A program made the position numbers and the translations under genes. A DNA stretch of 60,516 nucleotides from Gemmatimonadota bacterium (lineage in GTDB: Bacteria; Gemmatimonadota; Gemmatimonadetes; Gemmatimonadales; GWC2-71-9): NCBI GenBank assembly GCA_041488455.1, contig JBGPPG010000005.1:1-60516 (forward strand), written 5' to 3'. The notes beneath the pieces are model-generated. The model had not been told where the DNA came from, ran no database searches, and was given only the letters and a program-made list of their open reading frames with translations. Shown one piece after another: positions 44,703 to 52,910 of the stretch. Within the stretch, counting starts at the first letter, position 1, and each line of letters begins with the position of its first letter.

Positions 44703-45341
44703 TCATCGTGCTGGACCTCTGGGAGTCTCGGCGCGTGCTGCGTGGCTCGCGAGGACGAGCCACGCCGCAACAGTGGCCGCTTTGTCGTCGGCGCGCCAGC
44801 CGGCAAACCGGCCTCGGCCCAGCGCCGTGACCGCTTGTTTCACTGATGCCTCGGAGCCGTTCAAGAGCGGCGCGGCCGTCGAATACAAAGCACGCTCGAC
44901 CACAACGATCCAGGTGACCCCGCCTTCCTGAAGGCCGCCCTCGAGCGCGGTGCGGAACAGCTGCCCCTCGGAAGCGTGGGCCCGAATGTGGGGGTTCACG
45001 ATGCGCTCGGGTGGGGCGTCGCTCCCCACGACGATGCCGGCCCCAAGGACCCCGTATCCCGCGGCCCGATGACGCTCGAGGAGTTCGGCCACCGAACGCC
45101 GGGCACAGCGGTGGACGACTTCGATCAACCGGGCCAACACGGCGCTGTCGGTTTGTGCCACCCCGGTGGCCGCGTGGTATGGCTGCCGGGAGTGTGGGAC
45201 GGCGGGGTCGGAGAGCGCGATCTGGCTGCGCTCGGCGACAGCCGGCTCCCCGGCCGCGCCGGACAGGAGCACGGCCGTTGCCCAACCCGACTTCACCCGG
45301 AAGCCGAGCGCGCCGGCGACCTGGGTTCCGGCTGCGGGCAA
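44703..45341 (-). CDS. hypothetical protein
   Basis: Part of track ORF 44703..45458; TTG 45341 guessed. GFRVKSGWATAVLL...NPHIRAHASEGQLFR looks like a globular conserved protein. Confidence 0.5.
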   Translation of the reverse strand: MPAAGTQVAGALGFRVKSGWATAVLLSGAAGEPAVAERSQIALSDPAVPHSRQPYHAATGVAQTDSAVLARLIEVVHRCARRSVAELLERHRAAGYGVLGAGIVVGSDAPPERIVNPHIRAHASEGQLFRTALEGGLQEGGVTWIVVVERALYSTAAPLLNGSEASVKQAVTALGRGRFAGWRADDKAATVAAWLVLASHAARAETPRGPAR

Positions 45342-45358
45342 TTCCGCTTCACCCGTGT

Positions 45359-45829
45359 CTATCGGGGCTCGTACGCGCCAACCCCACAGACATCCTCGCC
45401 GACCTTCGTCACAAAGCTGACCTTCGCCTCGACTTTTCCCGAGACCGGGTTCAGCCATCGGTACCGCACCGAGCCTCCGCCCTTACCCTCGGCGGCGTCT
45501 AGGATGGCCTTCCCCAGGGGCTTGCCGTCGGCGTCCTTGAGCGCGTCAGCCGAGGACCCGACGTACGATGCGGTGGCTCCGTGAGCGGAAATCACGCGGT
45601 TCGAGCCGATGCAGAAGACGTAGAGGTCGCGGTCGGCGAAGGGCGCTTTCTTGCCGGTGAAATCCGCGAGGGCCTGGGTGCGGCCGGCCTCCTGGTAGTG
45701 CGCCACCGCCTTCTCCAAGAGCGCCTTGGCTTCGGTCGGGGTCCCGCGCTGAGCGGGGGCGGGTCGCGCGGCTGCCGGGATGGCCAGCGTGGCGAGCAGT
45801 AGTGCGGCGGTGCATCTGGTCATGGTCAT
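45359..45829 (-). CDS. secreted single-Cache (sCache_2-like) domain protein
   Basis: 156 aa. EAKALLEKAVAHYQEAG...DLYVFC...LKDADGKPL...VRYRWLNPVSG...GVGAY pattern. Confidence 0.7.
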   Translation of the reverse strand: MTMTRCTAALLLATLAIPAAARPAPAQRGTPTEAKALLEKAVAHYQEAGRTQALADFTGKKAPFADRDLYVFCIGSNRVISAHGATASYVGSSADALKDADGKPLGKAILDAAEGKGGGSVRYRWLNPVSGKVEAKVSFVTKVGEDVCGVGAYEPR

Positions 45830-45847
45830 GTGTCCTTCCTGTGCTCG

Positions 45848-46261
45848 TCAGCGGATCTGCTCAACATACTCTGGTGGCAGAGCCAAACGGTTCGCAAGAT
45901 CTCGCAAGGCCGCGGCGTACTTGGGATTGGCTTCGTCGGCCGATGGCGGAGTCACCAGATTGAAGCAGAGGGCGGAGACTGGCGGGCCCTCGGCAACGGC
46001 AGCAGCGACCGCCTCGGGCCGGTACGCCTCGAGTCCGGGCGCGGAATACAACAGCTCGATCTCCGCGTGGGTGAGGTTCATGAGGAGTCCGTGGGCCGAC
46101 GATCCCGGCGCCGGCCATAGCGTTGCCCGCTGCCCGATCCGAATGGCGAACCCCGCAACGGAGGCCACGCGCGGGTCGGTCGGATGGACTCCCTTCGACC
46201 GAAGCGCGTCGAGGTCCATGAAGAGTCCGTAGAAGAAGACGGGAATCCTTCGATCGGGCAT
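45848..46261 (-). CDS. gamma-glutamylcyclotransferase-like (AIG2/GGCT) protein
   Basis: 137 aa from ATG 46261. IPVFFYGLFMD N-terminus. Confidence 0.65.
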   Translation of the reverse strand: MPDRRIPVFFYGLFMDLDALRSKGVHPTDPRVASVAGFAIRIGQRATLWPAPGSSAHGLLMNLTHAEIELLYSAPGLEAYRPEAVAAAVAEGPPVSALCFNLVTPPSADEANPKYAAALRDLANRLALPPEYVEQIR

Positions 46262-46347
46262 CGGCCCGACTCCCCAGTTCTCGTGCGGGCTAACGCCGCG
46301 CGCGCTCTGCAGCATCTCCTGCCGAGAGATCAGTGTCCGCCTGGTGG

Positions 46348-47028
46348 TCAGGCGGCTTGGGTGACGGCCCCTGCGGCGGGACCCCGGCCTGCCCCTGGCT
46401 CGGCGAAGCGCCGGCGAGCCCACCAGATGATCGCGATGCCGACGACCGCGGGGATCAGCACTCGGGCTGCCGACGGCAGCATTCGGATGTACAGCCCGAA
46501 GATGAACGACCAGACCACCGTGTAGGCCGCGAGGAGACTCGTGAGGTGCTCCACCCGCCAGCGGGAGGGGTCCGCCGGCCCACGCCACCGCGCATGGGCC
46601 GCCGCGACCCCCAGCCCGAGCCCCCCAAGCACCAAGCCTTCCTGGACCGGCGCCGCGCGCGTGAACTCCAGCAGGCCATCATAAATCAGGGCGAGGCTCG
46701 CGAGGCCGCCGGCCGCCGTCAGCGCCCGGTCCCACCGATAGCTGCTCCGGGATCCCCGCCCGATGCGCGGAGCCAGATACCCGGTCGCGGTAAAGAACAG
46801 CGCCACAAGGCCCAGCAGGAACAGCCCGACGACGGGGTCGGGACGAATCCCCGCGAGGAGGACGCCGGCGGTCGCTCCCGTCCCCATGCCGAGCGTGAAG
46901 AAGCGTCCTGCGAGGATGTGCCGGCGACTGCCCTTGATGGCGAGCAAGGCCAGCGGGGCTGCGGCGAAGGCCAGGAAGGAGCCGCCGACGTGCAGGACCC
47001 TGAACACGGTGTACAAGGGCTCGACCAT
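46348..47028 (-). CDS. polytopic membrane protein, hypothetical
   Basis: 226 aa from ATG 47028 in track ORF 46348..47100; 5-6 TM helices. Confidence 0.55.
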   Translation of the reverse strand: MVEPLYTVFRVLHVGGSFLAFAAAPLALLAIKGSRRHILAGRFFTLGMGTGATAGVLLAGIRPDPVVGLFLLGLVALFFTATGYLAPRIGRGSRSSYRWDRALTAAGGLASLALIYDGLLEFTRAAPVQEGLVLGGLGLGVAAAHARWRGPADPSRWRVEHLTSLLAAYTVVWSFIFGLYIRMLPSAARVLIPAVVGIAIIWWARRRFAEPGAGRGPAAGAVTQAA

Positions 47029-47060
47029 GTTGTCCCCGCAGGGATGTCGGGTGGAGCGAC

Positions 47061-47543
47061 CTAACGGCCCAGCGGAAGCGAATCCTGAACGCTGGACCAA
47101 CGGTCCTTTCTCTCTTGTTCCGTAGTCTCTTCAATCCGTGTAGCGATGGTCCACACATGCCCCGACGGATCCATGATCCATGCGGTGCGGTCGCCCCAGA
47201 ACTGGTTCTGTGCTGGAATCAGGATGCTTGCCCCGCCGGCAACCGCCCGCTCCACTGTCTGATCCACGTCCTCGACATAGACATACAGCACGACGGGTGA
47301 GCTTCCGTCCGGCTTGGGCGCACGGCTCGTCAAAGTCGGCCACTCTCCCTCGATCATGACCATCGCGGTGCCAATCGTCATCAACGCATGCGCCACGGTC
47401 CCGTCAGGAGCAGGCCGTCGGACCCGCTCGACCGCACTGAATGTACGTGCGCAAAACTCAATCGCAGCGGCTGGGTCCCGGCACACTAATCTCGGGATGA
47501 CGACTGACGCGCCATCGGGAATGCCCTTCACCTTACTTGCCAC
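47061..47543 (-). CDS. VOC/glyoxalase (PhnB-like) family protein
   Basis: 160 aa. VIPRLVCRDPAAAIEFC...FWGDRTAWIMDPSGHVWTIA. Confidence 0.8.
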   Translation of the reverse strand: MASKVKGIPDGASVVIPRLVCRDPAAAIEFCARTFSAVERVRRPAPDGTVAHALMTIGTAMVMIEGEWPTLTSRAPKPDGSSPVVLYVYVEDVDQTVERAVAGGASILIPAQNQFWGDRTAWIMDPSGHVWTIATRIEETTEQERKDRWSSVQDSLPLGR

Positions 47544-47606
47544 GTTGTCCTCCCGGATCTCAGCGGCCGGTATCAGCGGAGCCGAGGTGGATCACCAGGC
47601 GGGTAC

Positions 47607-47723
47607 CTAGCGCTTGTCGAAAACCGTGACGTTGTTGACCGCCTGGCCTTTCGCGTTCGTCCCCTTCGTGGTCAGCGTCAATGTCTTCCCGTCCTTGGAT
47701 AGAGCATGGCGAGCCCACGAGGA
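47607..47723 (-). pseudogene. 3' fragment of a gene (C-terminal beta-strand region only)
   Basis: Only the last 38 aa or so of track ORF 47607..48758 look protein-like (SSWARHALSKDGKTLTLTTKGTNAKGQAVNNVTVFDKR*). The rest is antisense shadow of the + strand gene. Confidence 0.4.
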
Positions 47724-47879
47724 TCTCGTGGCCGGCGCGGTCCGATGATCCCAATCCTCATGGGCTCGACGTTTCACGAGTGATGAGGTCCGGCCTCTCA
47801 ACTTTAACCGAACCCGGCCATCGGTGACGCAGGAGGCCGGGGACTTCGATCGGCTGACGCCCGGCCTCGGGTCCGGGGC

Positions 47880-47918
47880 TTGACAGGTGACCATACGGTC
47901 ACATATACTGGCCGTATG
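47880..47918 (+). promoter_or_regulatory. sigma70-like promoter with palindromic operator (leaderless layout)
   Basis: TTGACA (47880-85), N18, TATACT (47904-09), then 7 nt to the A of ATG 47916. Palindrome GTGACCATACGGTCAC (47887-47902) lies in the spacer. A second inverted repeat is CATACGG (47892-98) / CCGTATG (47912-18). Confidence 0.6.
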
Positions 47919-48704
47919 GACGCAGTGTTCAGGGCGCTGGCCGATCCAACGCGGCGGGGCCTGCTCGACGAGCTGTTCAAGCAGGACGGGCAGACCCTCA
48001 GCGCGCTCGGGCGGCGGCTGACGATGACGCGATTCGGCGTCATGAAACACCTCCGCGTCCTCGAGGAAGCGGGCCTGGTGATCACTAAGCGGCGCGGCCG
48101 CGAGAAGCTGCACTTCCTGAACCGCGTGCCAATCCGCCTGATCCATGACCGATGGATCGACAAATACACGGAACCTTGGGCCGCTATGCTCAGCGGACTC
48201 AAGAAAAGCATCGAGGGGGGGCCCATGGAAAAGATCTACGAGATCTATATCAAGACGACGCCGGAGCGCCTGTGGCAGGCGATCATCGACCCCGAGCTGA
48301 GGCGGAAGTACACCTTCGGCGTGGGCGTCTACTCGGACTGGAAGCCCGGATCCTTCTACCAGGGGCGCGCCACGGGCATGACGCTCGCTCCGAACATGCC
48401 GATCGTCGAAGGCGAGAACCTCGAGGTCGAGCCGCCGCGTCGGCTGGTCCAGAGTTTCCGAGCCCTTTGGAGCGACGACGTGAAGCGCGAGGGGACCTCG
48501 CGGGTGACGTGGGAGATCGAGCCGGTCGGCGATTCGTGTCGCCTGACGGTCGTTCACGACCAGCTGCGTGAGGGCGCGAACTCCGAGCTCTACGGTGGCT
48601 GGCCGATGGTCCTGTCGGGTCTCAAGACCCTGCTGGAGACCGGCGAAATGCTCACGACGCCTGGCTCCTTGCGCTATCTGGGGTCGCAACCGTCCGGCGT
48701 TTGA
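47916..48704 (+). CDS. ArsR-family HTH fused in frame to an SRPBCC (AHSA1-like) domain
   Basis: Track ORF 47880..48704. FRALADPTRRGLLDEL...VMKHLRVLEEAGL, then from MEKIYEIYIKTTPERLWQAI an SRPBCC domain. A G7 run (48215-48221) sits at the junction. Confidence 0.75.
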   Translation: MDAVFRALADPTRRGLLDELFKQDGQTLSALGRRLTMTRFGVMKHLRVLEEAGLVITKRRGREKLHFLNRVPIRLIHDRWIDKYTEPWAAMLSGLKKSIEGGPMEKIYEIYIKTTPERLWQAIIDPELRRKYTFGVGVYSDWKPGSFYQGRATGMTLAPNMPIVEGENLEVEPPRRLVQSFRALWSDDVKREGTSRVTWEIEPVGDSCRLTVVHDQLREGANSELYGGWPMVLSGLKTLLETGEMLTTPGSLRYLGSQPSGV

Positions 48705-48754
48705 AATTGCGAAGTGAGGCTGAAGCCCGGTCAGGTGGCACACTGCTGCGTGCC

Positions 48755-49048
48755 TCATGAGTCCTGGTCCAGGTTCTCCTGCTGAAAGCGCGGATGGAGG
48801 TGGATATCGAGCTGTAGGAGCGGAACGTCGCCCGGGCCGGCCTCAAGGTCTTCTCCATTGACCGTCCAGCGAGCACGACCCTCTCTCACAAATACCACCT
48901 TGTCATAAGGATGGCGATGGCGACGGGGTCCACGCCCCGGTGGGGCGTTCACGAAATACGCCGAGATCCCGACGTCGGCATTGTCCGCTCCCACGAACTG
49001 ATGCGACATCCCCTGAAAGGGAAGCTGCTCCTGACGGATGAGGTACAT
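48755..49048 (-). CDS. cupin-like protein lacking the second cupin motif
   Basis: 97 aa. PRRHRHPYDKVVFVREGRARWTVNGE motif 1 is present. The segment normally carrying the second His motif appears missing before LLQLDIHLHPRF. Confidence 0.5.
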   Translation of the reverse strand: MYLIRQEQLPFQGMSHQFVGADNADVGISAYFVNAPPGRGPRRHRHPYDKVVFVREGRARWTVNGEDLEAGPGDVPLLQLDIHLHPRFQQENLDQDS

Positions 49049-49093
49049 GCTGCTCCGCTCCTTGGGTGTGCGTCGGCCACCTGCATGCGCGTG

Positions 49094-49753
49094 TCAGGCG
49101 GCTCCCTTTGGCGGCAGCTGCCGCCGCTCCAGACGCGCCGCGACCGCACTAAAGACCGCGTAGGCGGCCAGCGCCGTCCAGGCGGCGGCTCTGTCCGATA
49201 CCGGGGGCGGGCCGAAGAAGACGTAGACCTGAATAGCGAACATGACCACGCCGAACACCACCATCGGCCAACGGGGCGGGGCGACGACGCCGAAGTAGAG
49301 CCACATGCCCCCGAACAGCAGCGTTGCTTCAAGGCCCAGGGCGGCCACGGGCAGATTCCACAGCCCCAGCCCGACCTTCACCGCATCGTCGTACAACGGC
49401 AGGTCAGGGCGATGGACCAGAAGGTCCAGGAGCCAGTGCGACAGGACGGCGAGTCCGACCACGACTGCCGCCATGGGCTTGCCGCGCCGCTGGCCGAGTA
49501 CTCTGTAGACCAGCAGCGCTCCGGCCGACCAGAGAAGTGCCGCAAGCAGGCTGTGGGTATAGGGCATGTAGTAGAGATCGAGCGGATTCGAGGCCGTGAT
49601 GCCGGGAACGATCCTGACCTTTTCGATGCCGAGCAGGACGAAGGGTGCCCAGAACCCGTCGAGCAACTGGACCGCGACAAACAGACCCCACAACGGGATC
49701 GAGGGGTCGACTCTCTTCGCGGCGAAGCTAACGCCGTAGTGTCCGATGAACAT
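49094..49753 (-). CDS. membrane-bound metal-dependent hydrolase-like protein (YdjM/DUF457 type)
   Basis: 219 aa. MFIGHYG...YTHSLL...SHWLLDLLVH pattern; multiple TM helices. Confidence 0.65.
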   Translation of the reverse strand: MFIGHYGVSFAAKRVDPSIPLWGLFVAVQLLDGFWAPFVLLGIEKVRIVPGITASNPLDLYYMPYTHSLLAALLWSAGALLVYRVLGQRRGKPMAAVVVGLAVLSHWLLDLLVHRPDLPLYDDAVKVGLGLWNLPVAALGLEATLLFGGMWLYFGVVAPPRWPMVVFGVVMFAIQVYVFFGPPPVSDRAAAWTALAAYAVFSAVAARLERRQLPPKGAA

Positions 49754-49769
49754 TGCGCCGGCTGCCCCC

Positions 49770-49794
49770 CGTTCCGCTATCCGCCACCGCCGGC
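49770..49794 (-). repeat. intercistronic repeat family, partial copy J
   Basis: CGTTCCGCTATCCGCCACCGCCGGC closely matches CGCTCCGCTATCCGCACCGGCCGC of copy D. It overlaps the 3' end of the DHFR-like gene. Confidence 0.45.
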
Positions 49795-50307
49795 AACCAC
49801 ATACTCACTCTGAACGAGGCCGCTGGCGAACTGCCGCGTCCCGACGTGCCTGAGCACGACGTCGCGCTGTAGAGAGCCGAAGAGTGGGATGCCGGCACCG
49901 AGGAGCACAGGAATGCGCGTGATAATAAGGCGCTGGATAAGTCCGGCCTGGAGAAACCCCTGAATCGTGACCCCGCCATCCACGTATGCATGTCGCACGC
50001 CGCGCACGGCCAGCTGCGCCACGATCTCGGCCGGAGCCCCCGACATCCGCTCTACCACAGCCCCGGGGAGGGCAGGGGCGAGCGGGCGAGTGCTCAGCAC
50101 GAAAACGGGCTTCTCGCCATATGGCCACGCGTCGAAGGTCAAGACCGTCTCGAAGGTCTTGCGGCCGATCACAAGCGCATCCACGGTGGCCATGAACTCA
50201 TCGTAGCCGTGAGGTTCACCACCGCCCCGCGGTAGCCAGTCGAGGTCACCATTGACTCGAGCGATGAAGCCGTCGAGGCTCGTGGCAATAAAGACGGATG
50301 CCCTCAC
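49777..50307 (-). CDS. dihydrofolate reductase-like (RibD C-terminal domain) protein
   Basis: 176 aa from GTG 50307 (GAGGA 7 nt upstream). FIATSLDGFIARVNGDLDWL...ALVIGRKTFE pattern. Confidence 0.75.
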   Translation of the reverse strand: MRASVFIATSLDGFIARVNGDLDWLPRGGGEPHGYDEFMATVDALVIGRKTFETVLTFDAWPYGEKPVFVLSTRPLAPALPGAVVERMSGAPAEIVAQLAVRGVRHAYVDGGVTIQGFLQAGLIQRLIITRIPVLLGAGIPLFGSLQRDVVLRHVGTRQFASGLVQSEYVVAGGGG

Positions 50308-50329
50308 TGCGGAGTCCTCATGTTGCCGC

Positions 50330-50743
50330 CTAACGAAACGGCGCATCACCCGCGGCCACTCCACGGCCGCGTAGCAAGTACGCCAGGTACCCCGCTGCCA
50401 CGACATCGTACGCGAGGCAGAACTGTGGCCACCACACCGGTACTCCTGGATTGGCTATCAGCTGATCGTGAAAAGCATCAAAGATGCCGTGTGCTGCCAG
50501 GGCCGCTACGACGAACCAGAGAGAGTACTTGAACCCAACAATTGACGCCGCAAGAAAGAGTGTGATGACTGCGGTCTCAACGCCCAACGCGTGGTCGGAG
50601 CCACCCATAACCGCAAACAAGAGGTAGTATGAGGCAATGACGGCCATCATGGTGGGATAAAACGCCCGATCGCGATCAAGACGAATGAGCGTGGCCGCAC
50701 CGCTCACCGCGAGCGCGAGAAACGCGCCGATTAGATACGCCAA
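50330..50743 (-). CDS. membrane protein, hypothetical
   Basis: Track ORF 50330..50755, 4 TM helices. Second TTG (50743) preferred because GGAGG lies 5-6 nt upstream. Confidence 0.55.
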   Translation of the reverse strand: MAYLIGAFLALAVSGAATLIRLDRDRAFYPTMMAVIASYYLLFAVMGGSDHALGVETAVITLFLAASIVGFKYSLWFVVAALAAHGIFDAFHDQLIANPGVPVWWPQFCLAYDVVAAGYLAYLLRGRGVAAGDAPFR

Positions 50744-50791
50744 CTGGCCCTCCAATCATGTCATGCGCTCTAACGACTCTGCCTGCGCGTG

Positions 50792-51298
50792 TTACGTGGC
50801 GGGACACGCATCGTCCCGCGTCACCCCCTCCAAAGGGGCCGGCAGCCCCTCGGCATCGAAGGGCTGCGCGAAACTGAACGCGTGGGGCGTTGATCCGTGA
50901 GCCTCGAGATGCGCGACACGCGCCACGGCTTCCTCCACCGACGGACGATGCCCCGCCGGCACCCACCAGAGCGCGACGTAGACCCCTTCGAACCGCTCGA
51001 ACCACTCGCGCCGACGCCGCATCACCGAGGCATGAGCGCTGCGGTAGACATAGGCCCGCAAGGCGGCGAGATCAGCCCAGACTGACAGGTTGATGAGAAT
51101 GCGCTCGTCGGCGTAGGGCCGGACCGCCGTCGCGTCGCCATCCTCGGTCTGGAGACGCCACACGAATCCCCGAGCCTGATCGGCGAGCGCGTTGATCCCC
51201 GGCAGCTTGGCGACGAACTCCGCCATGATGGGGTCATTCATTTCGGCCCGTACTCGGCCAATGTTGACTTGGGCTACCTGCCACCGGGATTCTGTCAC
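50792..51298 (-). CDS. DUF3291 domain protein
   Basis: 168 aa from GTG 51298 (GGAG upstream) in track ORF 50792..52045. AQVNIGRVRAEMNDPIMAEF...GFVWRLQ...LWWVPAGHRPSVEEA signature. Confidence 0.75.
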   Translation of the reverse strand: MTESRWQVAQVNIGRVRAEMNDPIMAEFVAKLPGINALADQARGFVWRLQTEDGDATAVRPYADERILINLSVWADLAALRAYVYRSAHASVMRRRREWFERFEGVYVALWWVPAGHRPSVEEAVARVAHLEAHGSTPHAFSFAQPFDAEGLPAPLEGVTRDDACPAT

Positions 51299-51390
51299 GG
51301 TTCCACTCCGCAGTTCGAGACTGTCACCCCACCACCTACCGACAGCTGCATGCGCTGGCTGGGCCGCAGGGCCGGAGCAGGTCCGGCCCG

Positions 51391-51513
51391 CTACCACCGT
51401 TCTTGGTACGGCAGCAGCGGCGGCACGTCGCTCCGGATGCAACCGGACGAAATAGCGAGGAACACGGCTCCTGCAGCACGGACGCCTGCGAGCGACAGCT
51501 CTAGGGCGGGCAT
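51391..51513 (-). CDS. 40-aa ORF with good SD (weak; possibly a gene remnant)
   Basis: ATG 51513 with GGAG 6 nt upstream. Translation MPALELSLAGVRAAGAVFLAISSGCIRSDVPPLLPYQERW*. It lies in a 270-nt gap with no other candidate. Confidence 0.3.
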   Translation of the reverse strand: MPALELSLAGVRAAGAVFLAISSGCIRSDVPPLLPYQERW

Positions 51514-51555
51514 GTGATCTCCAACGGGTGAACCGGCACTTTGGCCTCTCGATGT

Positions 51556-51570
51556 CCCGCCACCGGGTTA
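51556..51570 (-). repeat. CCCGCCACCGG module (copy I) at the 3' end of the 51568..51828 gene
   Basis: CCCGCCACCGGGTTA here versus CCCGCCACCGGCTAT at 51910-51924. The two copies flank one small gene as direct repeats. Confidence 0.4.
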
Positions 51571-51828
51571 GTCCACCTGGACCTCGATACCGCCAACCAG
51601 ACCCGCCACGAAGTTGTACAGGGCGCAGCCAATGGCCGAGAAGATGAAGCCGCCGATGCCATAGAGGACCGGGAGGACGATCGCGAACCCGACGCTGAAG
51701 CGGCGCTCCGGCGAGAACAGTGCCGCGAGGATGAAAAAGGGAACGAGGATCAGCCCCATCAACGCGTAGAGGACGCCACAAACCTTCGCCGTTTGCCCGA
51801 CGGAAAAGCGGCTGAGACGCTGCACCAT
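51568..51828 (-). CDS. small membrane protein, hypothetical
   Basis: 86 aa from ATG 51828 (GGGAGG 6 nt upstream) in track ORF 51568..51948; 2-3 TM helices. Confidence 0.6.
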   Translation of the reverse strand: MVQRLSRFSVGQTAKVCGVLYALMGLILVPFFILAALFSPERRFSVGFAIVLPVLYGIGGFIFSAIGCALYNFVAGLVGGIEVQVD

Positions 51829-51863
51829 GTGGGCCTCCCTGGGCTGGGTTGAAGGGCGAGTGA

Positions 51864-51928
51864 CAGCTGCGGGCGAGGCACCCGCGGATCCGAATTCTAC
51901 GCTCCACTGCCCGCCACCGGCTATGAGG
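51864..51928 (-). repeat. intercistronic repeat family, copy B (most complete)
   Basis: The + strand reads CAGCTGCGGGCGAGGCACCCGCGGATCCGAATTCTACGCTCCACTGCCCGCCACCGGCTATGAGG. That is hairpin, core, then the CCGCCACCGG module. Confidence 0.65.
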
Positions 51929-51932
51929 AACC

Positions 51933-51970
51933 TTGACGGGCTGCACATAGCTGACTAAAGTCAGAGAATG
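51933..51970 (+). promoter_or_regulatory. sigma70-like promoter with inverted repeat (leaderless layout) for the MarR-GNAT gene
   Basis: TTGACG (51933-38), N17, TAAAGT (51956-61), then 7 nt to the A of ATG 51968. Inverted repeat CTGAC-TAAA-GTCAG (51951-51964) overlaps the -10. Confidence 0.55.
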
Positions 51971-52852
51971 TTGGCCGACGAGATTGCTCAGGTCCGGCGC
52001 TTCAATCGACTCGTTACGCAGCGCGCCGGAGCATTGAACGATCATTTCCTTGGGCGCGATCGCCCGCTGGGGGAGTCGCGCCTGCTTTACGAGATCGGTC
52101 CTGACGGAGCAGACCTCCGCGACCTGCGGCAGCGTCTCGGGCTCGATTCCGGCTACGTCACGCGTCTAGTCCAGGCCCTTGAGGAGAAGGGACTCGTCCG
52201 ACTGACCCAGGGAACGGCCGACCGACGGGTACGGAAGGCTCGGCTGACGTCGGCAGGGCGGCGGGAGGTCAGGGAAATGAACGAGCGTTCCGACGAGGTC
52301 GCTGCGGCCCTTCTCAATTCTCTGACGTCGGCTCACCGCCCCCGCTTGGTCGCCGCGATGGCGGAGGTCCATCGACTCCTGCAGCTGGCCGGCCTCCAGA
52401 TCGAGAGAGTCGATCCCGCAAGCCCGCCCGCCCGATGGTGCGTCGAGCAATACTTCGACGAGCTGGACCGGCGTTTCAAGTCCCGATTCGACCCGGCCGC
52501 CAGTCTGTCTGCCGAGGACCATGACCTCATCCCGCCTCGAGGCGCGTTCCTCGTGGCTTCCGCGGATGGGGAGGCGGTCGCCTGTGGCGCGGTGAAGTCG
52601 ATCTCCCCCGGTGTCGGGTCGCTCAAGCGAATGTGGGTTGCCGACACGGTACGTGGACTGGGTATTGGTCGGCGGATGCTGGATGCGCTGGAGGCCCAGG
52701 CACACGAGCTCGGGCTGACGACCCTTCGGCTCGAGACGAATCAAGCGCTTCAAGAGGCCATTCGCTTGTACCGAAGCGCTGGCTTTCGGGAGGTGGCTCC
52801 CTTCAACTCCGATCCCTACGCCCATCATTGGTTCGAGAAGAGCCTCGCCTGA
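51968..52852 (+). CDS. bifunctional MarR-family HTH / GNAT N-acetyltransferase
   Basis: 294 aa. N-terminal MarR wHTH (LRQRLGLDSGYVTRLVQALEEKGLV). C-terminal GNAT (LKRMWVADTVRGLGIGRRMLDALE...AIRLYRSAGF). Confidence 0.8.
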   Translation: MLADEIAQVRRFNRLVTQRAGALNDHFLGRDRPLGESRLLYEIGPDGADLRDLRQRLGLDSGYVTRLVQALEEKGLVRLTQGTADRRVRKARLTSAGRREVREMNERSDEVAAALLNSLTSAHRPRLVAAMAEVHRLLQLAGLQIERVDPASPPARWCVEQYFDELDRRFKSRFDPAASLSAEDHDLIPPRGAFLVASADGEAVACGAVKSISPGVGSLKRMWVADTVRGLGIGRRMLDALEAQAHELGLTTLRLETNQALQEAIRLYRSAGFREVAPFNSDPYAHHWFEKSLA

Positions 52853-52910
52853 CCCCGTTCCTCCGCTGAACTCCGTCTGAGTCGCAGGGCTCGTACGCAT
52901 ATTCCCGATG

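Noticed and set aside
47724-48758. 383-aa minus-strand ORF 47607..48758
   Set aside because: It is antisense to the ArsR-SRPBCC fusion gene, which has clear motifs. Only its last 38 codons or so look like protein, and these are reported separately as a fragment.
51886-51897. GGATCCGAATTC (adjacent BamHI and EcoRI sites, CGCGGATCCGAATTC as in common expression-vector polylinkers) suggesting vector contamination
   Set aside because: The string is embedded in a repeat that recurs in diverged form (GGATCCGAGTTC at 53.69 kb, GCGAATTC at 54.79 kb, GCCAATTC at 42.58 kb). The flanks are native-looking GC-rich sequence with no other vector features.
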